A stretch of 32,000 nucleotides of DNA from positions 1-32,000 of the forward strand of contig NZ_QLIR01000010.1 of NCBI RefSeq assembly GCF_003428155.1. The letters are read 5' to 3'. The first letter of the stretch is position 1, and each line of letters begins with the position of its first letter. This DNA comes from Fastidiosibacter lacustris. Its GTDB lineage: Bacteria > Pseudomonadota > Gammaproteobacteria > Francisellales > Francisellaceae. The notes under the pieces were generated by a model. The model worked only from the letters and a program-made list of their open reading frames with translations, had not been told where the DNA came from and searched no databases. Positions 1 through 10,261 of this stretch are shown one piece after another. The translations under genes and the position numbers were made by a program.

Positions 1-563
1 CTCAATGAAATTAAAATCTACATCCTAACTCCATCTCCATTACACTAACTACAATCCACAAAATCTATCGCTCAAAGTATTCAAGTATCTACACTTCATA
101 TCTCTTTCAAACATCCTTTAAAACCCTACTAGACATTCCTTAGCGGGTATCTGGTAATTATATGGACTCAAAAATAACTGTCAATCGCTTTTTTAACTTT
201 TTTCTCTGTACACGATGATTTCTTTGATTTAAATAGGGCCAGAATTGGTTTTTGTAGAATTTTAAAACATAAATTTAAGTTAAAGTCATCTAAATGATGA
301 TGACTGTTTTTTGGTAGGCATTTGCAATTATATCTAAACCTTAAGCTAAAATAGCTAAATTTCAACCTGCCATGCTTTCATACTTAATGGCTTTAATTTT
401 AACGCAATCATCCTTAAAAACTCTTTGTTTGTGCCAATCAAATATAATATTTTTTTACTAAACTATTTGCTCACATTGTGGAAATCAAGAAAAATAATGT
501 TCAGTCAATATTTTGCAAATTTTCCTTCGTGTGTAAAGCACAGTAGCTTAACTCAGATGATGT

Positions 564-1112
564 TCAACAGTTTTGTGCAGTTGGTAAAATATTTAAATTG
601 ACCCTACCTACAAAATTAATAATTAATTCACGTGTATAACGATTTGCACCTTGATCATCAACAATACTACAATAATATAATCTCAAAGCCGTTGATGTTA
701 GGCCATTTGGTTGAATTTCAATGCGATTTGACTTATTGCTTGAAAGATAATCGCCTGCTCCTGGTGCTTCAAGTATGGATACAATACGCGTAACAGTTGT
801 AATTTCTCCACTTGAGCTTGTGAATAATAGTAATCTATTTGCACCCCAATTATTTGCTGGCACAGTTGTATTACAGTTTGTCCCATTTGAAGTTGGACAT
901 AAAAAAATGGACATGGATTCCGACATTGCTGTAATGCGACCCAATTCTAACGCCGCTCTAACACGATCTAAATACATTTCTGAGTGAGCCCTACCAAACG
1001 ATCCAATACTCATTGGAATTGCAATAGTCACTATAATTCCAATTAAAATAATTACCACTAACCCCTCAATTAAACTAAACCCAAAATTTTTATTCTTTTT
1101 TTTATGCTTCAT
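564..1112 (-). CDS. GspH/FimT family type IV pseudopilin
   Basis: 182-aa ORF; N-terminus KKKNKNFGFSLIEGLVVIILIGIIVTIAIP matches the class III prepilin signal (G/FSLIE cleavage site plus hydrophobic helix); C-terminal GspH-like region ends ...NILPTAQNC. Confidence 0.85.
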   Translation of the reverse strand: MKHKKKNKNFGFSLIEGLVVIILIGIIVTIAIPMSIGSFGRAHSEMYLDRVRAALELGRITAMSESMSIFLCPTSNGTNCNTTVPANNWGANRLLLFTSSSGEITTVTRIVSILEAPGAGDYLSSNKSNRIEIQPNGLTSTALRLYYCSIVDDQGANRYTRELIINFVGRVNLNILPTAQNC

Positions 1113-1113
1113 G

Positions 1114-1141
1114 TTGCAATTGGCTCCATATTCCCTATAAT
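1114..1141 (+). promoter_or_regulatory. Putative sigma70 promoter for tRNA-Lys
   Basis: TTGCAA - 16 nt - TATAAT, ending 12 nt before the first base of the tRNA. Confidence 0.6.
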
Positions 1142-1153
1142 GTGCTTTGCTTT

Positions 1154-1229
1154 GGGTCGTTAGCTCAGTCGGTAGAGCAGCTGGCTTTTAACCAGTTGGT
1201 CGCAGGTTCGAATCCTGCACGACCCACCA
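1154..1229 (+). tRNA. tRNA-Lys(UUU)
   Basis: GGGTCGTTAGCTCAGTCGGTAGAGCAGCTGGCTTTTAACCAGTTGGTCGCAGGTTCGAATCCTGCACGACCCACCA: 7-bp acceptor pairing GGGTCGT/ACGACCC, anticodon loop CTTTTAA, GGTTCGAATCC T-arm, encoded CCA. Confidence 0.97.
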
Positions 1230-1359
1230 CCTTTTTCCTGCTCTTAGTGTAGCGAGTTTATTAAAATTATTCCAAAGCTAAATCAAAAATAATTTGTGAT
1301 CATAAGCTTTTGTTTGATATCATCAGATTATCTTCCACAAATCAAGGAATGCTATAATT

Positions 1360-1641
1360 ATGCACTTATTGCTTAATTTACTTTTCATCGCTGGAATTGT
1401 TATCGCAGTGTTATTCTTTTTCCCGTTATCAACAGTAGTGTTATTAGGTGTTTTAGCATTGCTTTTATATTTTTTACCTAGCTACATTGCGTTTAAAAAA
1501 CAACATCCAAACAGTATAATAATTTTTGTTGTGAATTTACTATTTGGATTTACTTTCATTATTTGGATAGTGTGCTTAATTTTAGCAATTGCTTATCAAC
1601 CAAACGTTACAATTATTGAAAAACATTATTACCACGCTTAA
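1360..1641 (+). CDS. Small membrane protein, superinfection immunity protein-like family
   Basis: 93 aa, multiple hydrophobic helices; motif YFLPSYIAFKKQHPNSIIIFVVNLLFGFTFIIWIVCLILAIAY resembles the Imm_superinfect family pattern. Confidence 0.7.
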   Translation: MHLLLNLLFIAGIVIAVLFFFPLSTVVLLGVLALLLYFLPSYIAFKKQHPNSIIIFVVNLLFGFTFIIWIVCLILAIAYQPNVTIIEKHYYHA

Positions 1642-1644
1642 GTT

Positions 1645-3828
1645 ATGTCAGAGTTTATCAGAAATCTTCAATCCCTAAATGCAAAACAGCGTGAAGCCGT
1701 TTTAATTGATCAAGAAAACGCCTTAATACTTGCAGGAGCAGGAAGTGGAAAAACACGTGTCCTGACACATAGAATTGCTTATTTATGTCAGGAAAAAAAT
1801 ATTTCACCATTAAATATTTTGGCAGTTACTTTTACCAATAAAGCCGCAAGGGAAATGAAAGAACGTATTGAAAATTTACTTGGTTTTTCTACCGTTGGTA
1901 TGTGGATTGGCACATTTCACGGAATTGCTCATAGACTCTTACGTCAACATGCTTCAGAGCTTGGTTTTGACAGACGATTTAAAGTATTAGATCAAGATGA
2001 CCAATTGCAAATTATAAAAAAAGTTATCCATAGTTTAAATTTAGATGAAAAGTTTTATCCGCCTAAATATCTACAAAGCTTTATTAACGGCAAAAAAGAT
2101 GAAGGTATTCGTGCAATTGATTTACCTACAGAGGAGTTTAATAACGAAATTATTAAAATTTATCAAGTCTATGAAGTGCGCTTAAGAGCAAATAATGCAT
2201 TAGATTTTGCAGACTTACTACTTTATGCTTATGAATTGTTTAAAGAAAATATGGTATTAAGCCAATATTATCAACGGCGTTTTCAACACATTTTAGTGGA
2301 TGAGTTTCAAGACACTAATAGTGTTCAATACAAATGGCTAATGGCTTTGAAATCCGATACAAATAGCATTATGGCAGTTGGAGATGATGACCAGTCTATC
2401 TATGGTTGGCGAGGAGCTAGGGTTGAAAATATCAAACACTTTATTGATGATTTGGCAAGTGTGCGCATCGTACGTCTAGAGCAGAATTATCGCTCTACTC
2501 AAATCATATTAGATGCAGCAAACGCAGTGATTGCAAATAATCCTAAACGGATGGGCAAAATGCTGTGGTCTGAGAAAGAAAAGGGAGAAAAAATTTCCGT
2601 TTATGAGGCATTTAATGAGCGTGACGAAGCTGATTACATTAGTGCTAAAATTTATGATTTATATCATACACATCACGTTTCGTTATCGGATATTTCAGTT
2701 TTGTATCGCTCAAACGCACAATCGCGTGTCCTTGAAGAAGCGCTGTTAAAAACCGGAATTGCCTATCGTATTTATGGAGGAATGCGCTTTTTTGATCGTG
2801 CGGAAATTAAAGATGCTTTGGCCTATATGCGACTAATTGCTTTGCGTGTAGATAATCTTGCATTTGAACGGGTGATTAATTTACCAGCTAGAGGCATTGG
2901 TCAAAAAACAATAGAAAGTATTCGTAAATACTCAACCGTACATGATTTGTCATTATGGCATGCAAGTTGTGAAATGATTGAGCGTAAGTTGCTTCCCACA
3001 CGATCTGCTGCGTCAATTCAAAAATTTATAGATTTAATTGAAGACATGGCTGCTGTTAAAAACCTTATGAAACTTGGAGCATTAATGCGTCATGTGATAG
3101 ATTTCAGTGGATTGATGCTTATGCATGAACAAAGCAAAGCCGAAAAATCACAGCAAAAATGTGAAAACCTCAAAGAGCTGGTTAATGCTGCGGCTGAGTT
3201 TATACCTCCTATAGAAGATGTGGCAGAAGAAGATCTATTGGTGGAGTTTTTAAACTTTGCTGTTTTGGAATCAGGTGAAATGCAAGCTGCAGAACATGAC
3301 GATAGTGTACAAATGATGACACTACACATGGCAAAAGGATTAGAGTTTCCTTATGTATTCATTTCAGGATTAGAAGACGGCTTATTTCCATCATCACGTT
3401 CAGTTGAAGTCGTTGATAAACTAGCAGAAGAACGTAGGCTTTGTTATGTGGGAATCACGCGAGCCATGCGTCATCTAACATTAAGCTATTGTAAGATACG
3501 TCATCAATATGGTGACATGAGTTATCAGATCAAGTCGCGTTTTTTACAGGAAATTCCCAAAGAATATTTACAATATGTTCGAAATCGCAAACCAGAAAAA
3601 TTGGAAAAAACAATGGGCTTTGGCATTTCACCGTTTGATTTTGTCAAAGAGCAAAATACAGAAGCAGAATTTAAAATAGGTGAATTTATCAATCACACAA
3701 AATTTGGAATTGGGGTGATACTTAAGCTTGAAGGTGAAGGTGATAACCTTTGCTACCATGTGGACTTTAAAGCTGGAGAGGGAAAAAAGGTATTGTTGGC
3801 TAAAATGGCAAAGCTTATGAAATTATAG
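1645..3828 (+). CDS. uvrD: DNA helicase II, UvrD/Rep family SF1A ATP-dependent helicase
   Basis: 727 aa; Walker A AGAGSGKT, FQDTNSVQY, VGDDDQSIYGWRGA, QNYRST, TLHMAKGLEFPYVFISGLEDGLFP, EERRLCYVGITRA. Confidence 0.95.
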   Translation: MSEFIRNLQSLNAKQREAVLIDQENALILAGAGSGKTRVLTHRIAYLCQEKNISPLNILAVTFTNKAAREMKERIENLLGFSTVGMWIGTFHGIAHRLLRQHASELGFDRRFKVLDQDDQLQIIKKVIHSLNLDEKFYPPKYLQSFINGKKDEGIRAIDLPTEEFNNEIIKIYQVYEVRLRANNALDFADLLLYAYELFKENMVLSQYYQRRFQHILVDEFQDTNSVQYKWLMALKSDTNSIMAVGDDDQSIYGWRGARVENIKHFIDDLASVRIVRLEQNYRSTQIILDAANAVIANNPKRMGKMLWSEKEKGEKISVYEAFNERDEADYISAKIYDLYHTHHVSLSDISVLYRSNAQSRVLEEALLKTGIAYRIYGGMRFFDRAEIKDALAYMRLIALRVDNLAFERVINLPARGIGQKTIESIRKYSTVHDLSLWHASCEMIERKLLPTRSAASIQKFIDLIEDMAAVKNLMKLGALMRHVIDFSGLMLMHEQSKAEKSQQKCENLKELVNAAAEFIPPIEDVAEEDLLVEFLNFAVLESGEMQAAEHDDSVQMMTLHMAKGLEFPYVFISGLEDGLFPSSRSVEVVDKLAEERRLCYVGITRAMRHLTLSYCKIRHQYGDMSYQIKSRFLQEIPKEYLQYVRNRKPEKLEKTMGFGISPFDFVKEQNTEAEFKIGEFINHTKFGIGVILKLEGEGDNLCYHVDFKAGEGKKVLLAKMAKLMKL

Positions 3829-3875
3829 CCAATACCAGTTGCAAAATCAGTTGTTTTGTAAAACCATGCAACGTT

Positions 3876-5249
3876 TCAAAATGAATTTGAGTGAGTAACA
3901 ACTACTACTGCTTTTTGCAATAAGCGTTGATGCAAATTTTCAAATCCCCCATTACTCATAATCACAAAATGCTTAAATAAAGGACTTTTATAACTTTTTT
4001 CAAAGACCTTAACGATATCTTCGATTTGGTCAAATACTAAAAAAGTCTCACTTTGATGGGATCTTGCCTGCCACTGCATGTTAGTATTTTGATAGAACCA
4101 TACTTCATCAGCAAATTTTAATGCTTGAATTAGGTCTTTTTCTTGAGCACCCATTTTCATTGTATTGGATCTAGCTTCTAAAATAGCCACTACCTTTTGC
4201 GCATCTGAAGCTTTGGCTTTTAGCGCTTGTAAAGTATGTTTCACTGCTGTTGGATGATGGGCAAAATCATCATAAATAGCACAATAATGGTCTTGATAAA
4301 TACATTCTAAACGTCTTTTAACACCTTTAAAGTTCGCAAAACTAGCTTGTATTTTATCAAATGAAATGTCAATACACTTTGCAACTGTATAAGCCATAAG
4401 CGCATTTTTTGCATTATGTTCACCCAACATTGACCACTTGATTAAATGACATTTATCATTATCACTCAATACAAACTCACTATAATCAGCATTAATGGGT
4501 TTAATATCTAAAATTTGATTTTTTATTGGTAATTTATTTGACCATACGCCCATCGTTAATAAATGAGCAATATTCTGATCATCCTGTGGATAGATAATGC
4601 TTGCCTTACCTGGCATCATTCTAAATAGATAATGAAATTGCCGATATATGTCATCCATGCTATTGAAAATATCCGCATGGTCAAACTCAAGGTTATTAAT
4701 CGTTAGAATATCAGGATGATAATGTATGAATTTAGAGCGCTTATCAAAAAAAGTTGTGTCGTATTCATCAGCCTCTATTACAAAAATTTCAGAATCAGTT
4801 AAACGGGATGACACACCAAAATCCTGACTGATCCCACCAATTAGAAAACCAGGGTTAAGATCCGCATCATCTAATAATTTAACAATTAATGACGTGGTTG
4901 TGGTTTTGCCATGAGTACCTGACACAGCGATGACCTTTTTCGTTTTAAGAACTTCATTATAAAGCCAACTAGGTGCTGAATAATATTGCAGCTCACTGTT
5001 TAATAGCGTCTCAACAATTGGCATACCACGACGCATGGTATTACCAACGATTACCTCGTCTAACTTAAGCGAAGTGATATCATAATCATAACCTTGCATA
5101 ATTTGAATGCCTTGCAATTCAAGATAAGTGCTCATAGGAGGGTAAACGTTGTGATCACTACCTGTTACATGATAACCTTTTTGGCGTGCCAAGACCGCTA
5201 AGGCACCCATAAACGTCCCGCAAATTCCTAAAATATGAACATGCTTCAT
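3876..5249 (-). CDS. mpl: UDP-N-acetylmuramate:L-alanyl-gamma-D-glutamyl-meso-diaminopimelate ligase
   Basis: 457 aa; HVHILGICGTFMGALAVLARQKGYHVTGSD, SGTHGKTTTTSL, NNLEFDHADIF, DDFAHHPTAV. Confidence 0.93.
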   Translation of the reverse strand: MKHVHILGICGTFMGALAVLARQKGYHVTGSDHNVYPPMSTYLELQGIQIMQGYDYDITSLKLDEVIVGNTMRRGMPIVETLLNSELQYYSAPSWLYNEVLKTKKVIAVSGTHGKTTTTSLIVKLLDDADLNPGFLIGGISQDFGVSSRLTDSEIFVIEADEYDTTFFDKRSKFIHYHPDILTINNLEFDHADIFNSMDDIYRQFHYLFRMMPGKASIIYPQDDQNIAHLLTMGVWSNKLPIKNQILDIKPINADYSEFVLSDNDKCHLIKWSMLGEHNAKNALMAYTVAKCIDISFDKIQASFANFKGVKRRLECIYQDHYCAIYDDFAHHPTAVKHTLQALKAKASDAQKVVAILEARSNTMKMGAQEKDLIQALKFADEVWFYQNTNMQWQARSHQSETFLVFDQIEDIVKVFEKSYKSPLFKHFVIMSNGGFENLHQRLLQKAVVVVTHSNSF

Positions 5250-5263
5250 ACTGTTATATTACC

Positions 5264-6682
5264 TTAAACTTTTGATGATTGAATTTTATGAATAATTGAT
5301 GAACTAGAGTGATTTGGCTTAAGTGTGATGGTCTTTACTTCTCCACCTACAGCCAATACTTCTTTGGCGCCTGCTATTTCATGTATTTCATAGTCTGCGC
5401 CTTTGACTAAAATATCTGGCAGTAGCTCACTAATAATACGCTCAGGGGTATCTTCATTAAACGCCACTACCCAATCTACACAAGATAGCGCCGCCAATAC
5501 TTCCATACGAAATTGTAAATTAACGACAGGGCGATTCTCACCTTTTAAACGTTTAACTGACTCATCACTATTGACAGCAACGATTAATCGATCTCCTAAA
5601 GCACGCGCTTTTTGTAAATACTCAACATGCCCTGCATGTAAGATATCAAAACAACCATTGGTCATGACTACTTTCTCACCTTGTAAGCGTACTTCACGCA
5701 TAGCTTGTTTGAGCGCATCTTGAGTGATAATACCTTTATTAACAGTTGTTTGAGCATGAAGTGAATCATGAAGCTCTTGTGCGCTTAGTGTTGCTGTACC
5801 AACTTTACCAACAACCACACCTGCTGCGGCATTTGCCAAACGCATTGATGACTCAAAATCATAACCACACGATAAGCCCATCGCCATTACTGCAATAACG
5901 GTATCTCCCGCACCTGTTACATCAAAAACTTCTCGTGCCACGGTTGGAATGCTTTTGGCTGCACCACTATTAAGCACAAGCGTCATACCTTCTTCACTAC
6001 GAGTAATTAAAAGCCCATCAAGCTTACATCGCTTAATAAGTGCATACGCTTTTGAAATCAATTCATCCTCAGTTATACACTTTCCTACCACAGCTTCAAA
6101 TTCTTTGCGATTAGGGGTGATCAATGTTGCTCCTTCATAAATGCTAAAGTCATGACCTTTAGGGTCAACTAAAACCGCCATATTTTTTCTTTTAGCAAGT
6201 TCAATTAAGGCTTTTGTATTGTATAACGTCCCTTTACCATAATCTGATAAAATCATTACATTGTATTGATCAGCAGCTTTTTCTACAGCATCTAATAACA
6301 ATGTTTCATCGATTTTTGAAAATCCTTCTTCAAAGTCCAGCCTTAATAACTGTTGTTTTTGTGAAAGTATGCGTAACTTAGTAATCGTTGGCAAATGGGT
6401 TTCAATAAGATGTGTCTTAATAGATTTCTTTGTTAAAAAATCACACAAAATGCGTGCTGGTTCGTCTTTACCCACGATCGCACAAATTCCAGCCATCCCT
6501 GATAATGCTGAGATGTTGAGTGCCACATTTCCTGCTCCACCTGCTCGATCTTGAATGGTTTTTACATGGACAACTGGTACAGGCGCTTCAGGAGAAATGC
6601 GCTCAGTTGTTCCATAATAATAGCGATCAAGCATCGCATCCCCCACAACAAGCACACGTGCTTTTTGTAAATTACTTTGCAT
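5264..6682 (-). CDS. hldE: Bifunctional D-glycero-beta-D-manno-heptose-7-phosphate kinase/heptose-1-phosphate adenylyltransferase
   Basis: 472 aa; ribokinase-like N-domain (DVTGAGDTVIAVMA) and nucleotidyltransferase C-domain (TNGCFDILHAGHVEYLQKAR). Confidence 0.95.
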   Translation of the reverse strand: MQSNLQKARVLVVGDAMLDRYYYGTTERISPEAPVPVVHVKTIQDRAGGAGNVALNISALSGMAGICAIVGKDEPARILCDFLTKKSIKTHLIETHLPTITKLRILSQKQQLLRLDFEEGFSKIDETLLLDAVEKAADQYNVMILSDYGKGTLYNTKALIELAKRKNMAVLVDPKGHDFSIYEGATLITPNRKEFEAVVGKCITEDELISKAYALIKRCKLDGLLITRSEEGMTLVLNSGAAKSIPTVAREVFDVTGAGDTVIAVMAMGLSCGYDFESSMRLANAAAGVVVGKVGTATLSAQELHDSLHAQTTVNKGIITQDALKQAMREVRLQGEKVVMTNGCFDILHAGHVEYLQKARALGDRLIVAVNSDESVKRLKGENRPVVNLQFRMEVLAALSCVDWVVAFNEDTPERIISELLPDILVKGADYEIHEIAGAKEVLAVGGEVKTITLKPNHSSSSIIHKIQSSKV

Positions 6683-6769
6683 TCATCTTGTTTTTATCGT
6701 CTTCTTAATATGTTAGATGTTATACTAAATCCCATCAAAAGCACAGCCTTGTTACCGTAAAGTGCAAAG

Positions 6770-7492
6770 ATGAATAAAGAAAATAAAAAAAATTACTATA
6801 TTATTGCTGACTTGCACTTAAGTGAGGTTAGAGTGCAAGCTACTGCTCTATTTGAACGCTTTTTAGCAGATATCACAAATAAGGACAATTCCCTATATAT
6901 CCTCGGAGATTTTTTTGATTATTGGATTGGAGATGATGCTATCTCACCTTTTAATCTGCATATTGCTGATCTATTGGCTCATGCACATGACAGTGGACTT
7001 CAAATTTATTTCATGTCTGGTAATCGCGATTTTTTAATTGGTCAACGTTTTGCAAAACGTGCCAAAATAACACTTGTAAGTGATCCACATGTCCTTGTAC
7101 TCTCCAAAATAACTATTTTATTGATGCATGGTGATTTGCTATGTACTGATGATAAAAGCTATCAAATTTTTCGCAAAATTGTACGCAACAAACTCATCCA
7201 GTGGCTTTATCTACGATTACCACTTCGATTAAGGGAAAAACTTGCAAAAGGCATACGCATAACAAGCCACAAAAAAAACGCAAAGTATAAAGTTATTGAT
7301 GTCACTGAAAAAGGCATTCAAAAATACCTTGGTAAACATAAAACTCTCATTCATGGACACACGCACTTATTCAACATTCATCATCAACAAAACTATATAC
7401 GTTATGTGCTTGGTGATTGGTTTAAAAATGCAAGTTATGTTCATATTGACAGGCACTGTAACATTCACCTATTGCGTTATTTTAAAAAGTAG
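6770..7492 (+). CDS. lpxH: UDP-2,3-diacylglucosamine diphosphatase
   Basis: 240 aa; calcineurin-like motifs ADLHLSE, ILGDFFDYWIGDD, MSGNRDFLIGQRF, LLMHGDLLCTDD, HGHTH. Confidence 0.93.
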   Translation: MNKENKKNYYIIADLHLSEVRVQATALFERFLADITNKDNSLYILGDFFDYWIGDDAISPFNLHIADLLAHAHDSGLQIYFMSGNRDFLIGQRFAKRAKITLVSDPHVLVLSKITILLMHGDLLCTDDKSYQIFRKIVRNKLIQWLYLRLPLRLREKLAKGIRITSHKKNAKYKVIDVTEKGIQKYLGKHKTLIHGHTHLFNIHHQQNYIRYVLGDWFKNASYVHIDRHCNIHLLRYFKK

Positions 7493-7658
7493 TTTCACTT
7501 TAAAAGTGGTGGAAATCAAGGGTAATATTTTTACAATAAGTGTTAGTATTATTTTCAGGTGAATAACAAGCACAAGATGATCACGTTTTTTCCCACTATT
7601 AGACGTACGTTGGCAGATCAAAAAAATAATTAATCTATTTATTAATAAATAAAGTGAC

Positions 7659-8618
7659 TCATAATTTTTTGCCAATAAGAAAGCCTAAATCTTTACCATT
7701 TAATATACTTGCAATTGACAACATTTTCTTTCCCGGAAATTGGAGTGAGCCAATGTTGATTACACCATTACAAGCCTGCACTTTTAAGCCAGACTTATCT
7801 ACACTTAAAATAGTACCTATGGCACTACTTGCTTTTTCTTTAAACACTTGAATATCCGAAATTTTCACTTGTTCATTATCAAGCTTAATATATGCACTTG
7901 GCCAAGGGCTAAATGCACGAACTTTACAATCAATTTGTTGAACGGTGTTATTAAAGTCAATTAATCCTTCCTCTTTTGTGAGTTTACGTGCATACGTTGC
8001 ATCCTCAGGCTGTTTTTGTGAGTGGAGTGTTCCACTGGCAATTTGAGAAAACACTTCATAAATCGCTGGAACTGAAAGTTTTGCTAATCGATCATGCAAG
8101 GTTTGACTATCATCTTCTTTTAAGATGGGGGTTTCAACCACATGCAAAATATCACCCGTATCTAAGCCCTCATCCATTTGCATAATCGTAATACCTGTCT
8201 TTGTATCACCTGCTTCAATTGCTCGCTGAATAGGAGCAGCTCCCCGCCATTTAGGCAGCAATGAAACGTGAATATTTATACAGCCATACTTTGGAACATC
8301 TAAAACCACCCTAGGCAGCAGTAATCCATAAGCAATAACTACCATCACATCGGCTTGTAAATTTTGCAAATCATCAATCGCTTGAGGTTCTTTATTAAAT
8401 GAGATAGGTTGGAAAACAGGAATATTATGTGTTAAAGCCAGTTCTTTTACAGCTGAAGCTTGCAACTTTTTACCACGACCTTTAACACGATCTGGCTGGG
8501 TAAACACTCCAACAATATTATAGTTTTGACCAATTAAGTTATTTAGAACGGTTGCTGAGATTTCAGGCGTACCAGCAAATACAATCCGTAAATTTTTACC
8601 TTTATTTTGTGGATTCAT
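7659..8618 (-). CDS. fmt: Methionyl-tRNA formyltransferase
   Basis: 319 aa; RIVFAGTPEISATVL, VFTQPDRVKGRGKKLQAS, CINIHVSLLPKWRGAAPIQRAI, GDTKTGITIMQMDEGLDTGD. Confidence 0.95.
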   Translation of the reverse strand: MNPQNKGKNLRIVFAGTPEISATVLNNLIGQNYNIVGVFTQPDRVKGRGKKLQASAVKELALTHNIPVFQPISFNKEPQAIDDLQNLQADVMVVIAYGLLLPRVVLDVPKYGCINIHVSLLPKWRGAAPIQRAIEAGDTKTGITIMQMDEGLDTGDILHVVETPILKEDDSQTLHDRLAKLSVPAIYEVFSQIASGTLHSQKQPEDATYARKLTKEEGLIDFNNTVQQIDCKVRAFSPWPSAYIKLDNEQVKISDIQVFKEKASSAIGTILSVDKSGLKVQACNGVINIGSLQFPGKKMLSIASILNGKDLGFLIGKKL

Positions 8619-8620
8619 AG

Positions 8621-9079
8621 TTAATGATAGGCATAAGCATAAAGGTTAGCACCATCCAAAGGTCCTGTATTGCCAGAAACCACACAATTTCCAATCACTT
8701 TGGTTACACCATGCTGTGCGGCAAGCATTTTAGCTTTTTGTACGTTTTGCTCACAAGACGATTGGATTTCTTTTTTACTTGTATAATGTGTGTCCACCCG
8801 GATAATACCAATTGGCGATTCGTTAAAGCCTGTTACAACTGGAACGGCTTTCCGTAAATTCATGCTCTCTGATGCGTAAAATTGCACGATCTTTGCATCA
8901 ACTGTACTATAAATTTCCGTTGTTTGTGGCAAATATACCCCCTGCGACTCATATTGCTTTTTAGGTACAACTGCCCAAAAAAATCCAATAACGGCAATCA
9001 CAATCCCTGCATAAATAATATTTTGCTGCAACCGACTCATAAAAAAATTTAAATCACGTTCATCTCTTAATTTGCGCAT
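8621..9079 (-). CDS. Membrane-anchored protein of unknown function
   Basis: 152-aa ORF between fmt and a permease gene on the same strand; one N-terminal hydrophobic helix followed by a soluble domain. Confidence 0.6.
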   Translation of the reverse strand: MRKLRDERDLNFFMSRLQQNIIYAGIVIAVIGFFWAVVPKKQYESQGVYLPQTTEIYSTVDAKIVQFYASESMNLRKAVPVVTGFNESPIGIIRVDTHYTSKKEIQSSCEQNVQKAKMLAAQHGVTKVIGNCVVSGNTGPLDGANLYAYAYH

Positions 9080-9116
9080 ATCATAACATAAGATTATTAA
9101 TACAATCTATTATGTT

Positions 9117-10163
9117 TTATACACCATTTGTCTTTAGCTCACGAATAACTAAAAAAACTAAAAATGGTGCTCCAAGTAACGCAGTGATAATACCAACTGG
9201 AATAATCATGGGATAAGCAATGCTTTGTGACAACCATTGACTGATCAACATCAAACTAGCACCACATAAAAAACTCGCTATAAGTAAGACTTTCATTTTA
9301 TTGGTTGATAGCAAAAACCTTGCAATATGGGGTGCCGCTAAACCTAAAAAAGCAATTGGACCTGCAATTGATACAATACAGGCAACTAAAAAAGCTAATG
9401 TAATTACTAACCAAACGAGTAAACGCTTAACGTCTACTCCCATTAACATCGCTTCAGTCTCTCCTAAACTTAACATATCAAAAGCCTGATGATTTTTGAT
9501 TGCAAAAGCAAAGAACACACAGCTAACTAAAATAAGTAACGTTAGCTGTAACCACGATACATTTAGAAAACCACCAAACTGCCATAAGGTTATTTGTTGC
9601 AAGGTTTCGGCACGGCTAAAACTCATAATAAGTGCTGTTAAAGCACTAAAAACAGCAGAAATTCCAACTCCTAGAAAAATGATAACAGTTATATTTGTTA
9701 AGCTCTTTTGAGTGAAAATTACCAACATAAATAATAATAGAACTAACATGGCACCAATAACACAAGCAGTTAGAAACAAAGCATAAGAGTAATAACTCAA
9801 ACGGCTGATGTAACTTGGTAGTATAAAAAGCAGCAAGAGCCCTACAAACTGGCTACCTGATAAGATACCTAAAATACTTACATCTGCAAGTGGATTTCTT
9901 AATACCACTTGTAAAACAGCTCCACTCATCCCAAGCGCACCACCAACTATAACAGCGGCACACCAAATAATAAGCTGATATTGCCAAAATATCTCTTTTG
10001 CTAACGCTATATCAATGACCTTTGTATTAAATAACCACCAACTAAGACTTAAAGTACTAAATAGTAACGATAATAAAATCGCTAATCCCCAATTAACCCA
10101 ATGTGACTTATTTTGATCAAAAGCTTGACACACCTTATTTACCCTCTCGCTAACTTTGTACAA
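9117..10163 (-). CDS. FecCD/BtuC family ABC transporter permease
   Basis: 348 aa, polytopic; GGALGMSGAVLQVVLRNPLADVSILGILSGSQ, GPIAFLGLAAPHIAR, E(I/L)P(I/V)G-like C-terminal PVGIITALLGAPFLVFLV. Confidence 0.9.
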   Translation of the reverse strand: MYKVSERVNKVCQAFDQNKSHWVNWGLAILLSLLFSTLSLSWWLFNTKVIDIALAKEIFWQYQLIIWCAAVIVGGALGMSGAVLQVVLRNPLADVSILGILSGSQFVGLLLLFILPSYISRLSYYSYALFLTACVIGAMLVLLLFMLVIFTQKSLTNITVIIFLGVGISAVFSALTALIMSFSRAETLQQITLWQFGGFLNVSWLQLTLLILVSCVFFAFAIKNHQAFDMLSLGETEAMLMGVDVKRLLVWLVITLAFLVACIVSIAGPIAFLGLAAPHIARFLLSTNKMKVLLIASFLCGASLMLISQWLSQSIAYPMIIPVGIITALLGAPFLVFLVIRELKTNGV

Positions 10164-10261
10164 ATATCATCAATTATCTTGATAATTGGTATAAGATTCG
10201 TTATAAAATCGATACGTTTTATCATAGTGACTATTATTTTAATTTAACAAGGATAAAAACC

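Noticed and set aside
168-365. 65-aa minus ORF in the gene-poor first 560 nt
   Set aside because: Basic/aromatic composition expected from AT-rich noncoding DNA; no clear RBS or family. Not called.
698-987. ORFs 698..886 (-) and 775..987 (+)
   Set aside because: Overlap the well-supported FimT/GspH pseudopilin gene.
2531-3329. Track ORFs 2531..2749 (+) and 3090..3329 (-)
   Set aside because: Both lie inside the convincing uvrD CDS in other frames and show no recognisable family; treated as shadow ORFs.
5403-6708. Plus-strand ORFs at 5403, 5949, 6369 and 6520
   Set aside because: Antisense to hldE; low-complexity Ser/Thr/Pro-rich translations typical of shadow ORFs.
7296-9711. ORFs at 7296, 7469, 7654, 7988, 8624, 9301 and 9496
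   Set aside because: Overlap lpxH, fmt, the 152-aa ORF or the FecCD permease in other frames, or sit in the short lpxH-fmt gap, with no motif support.
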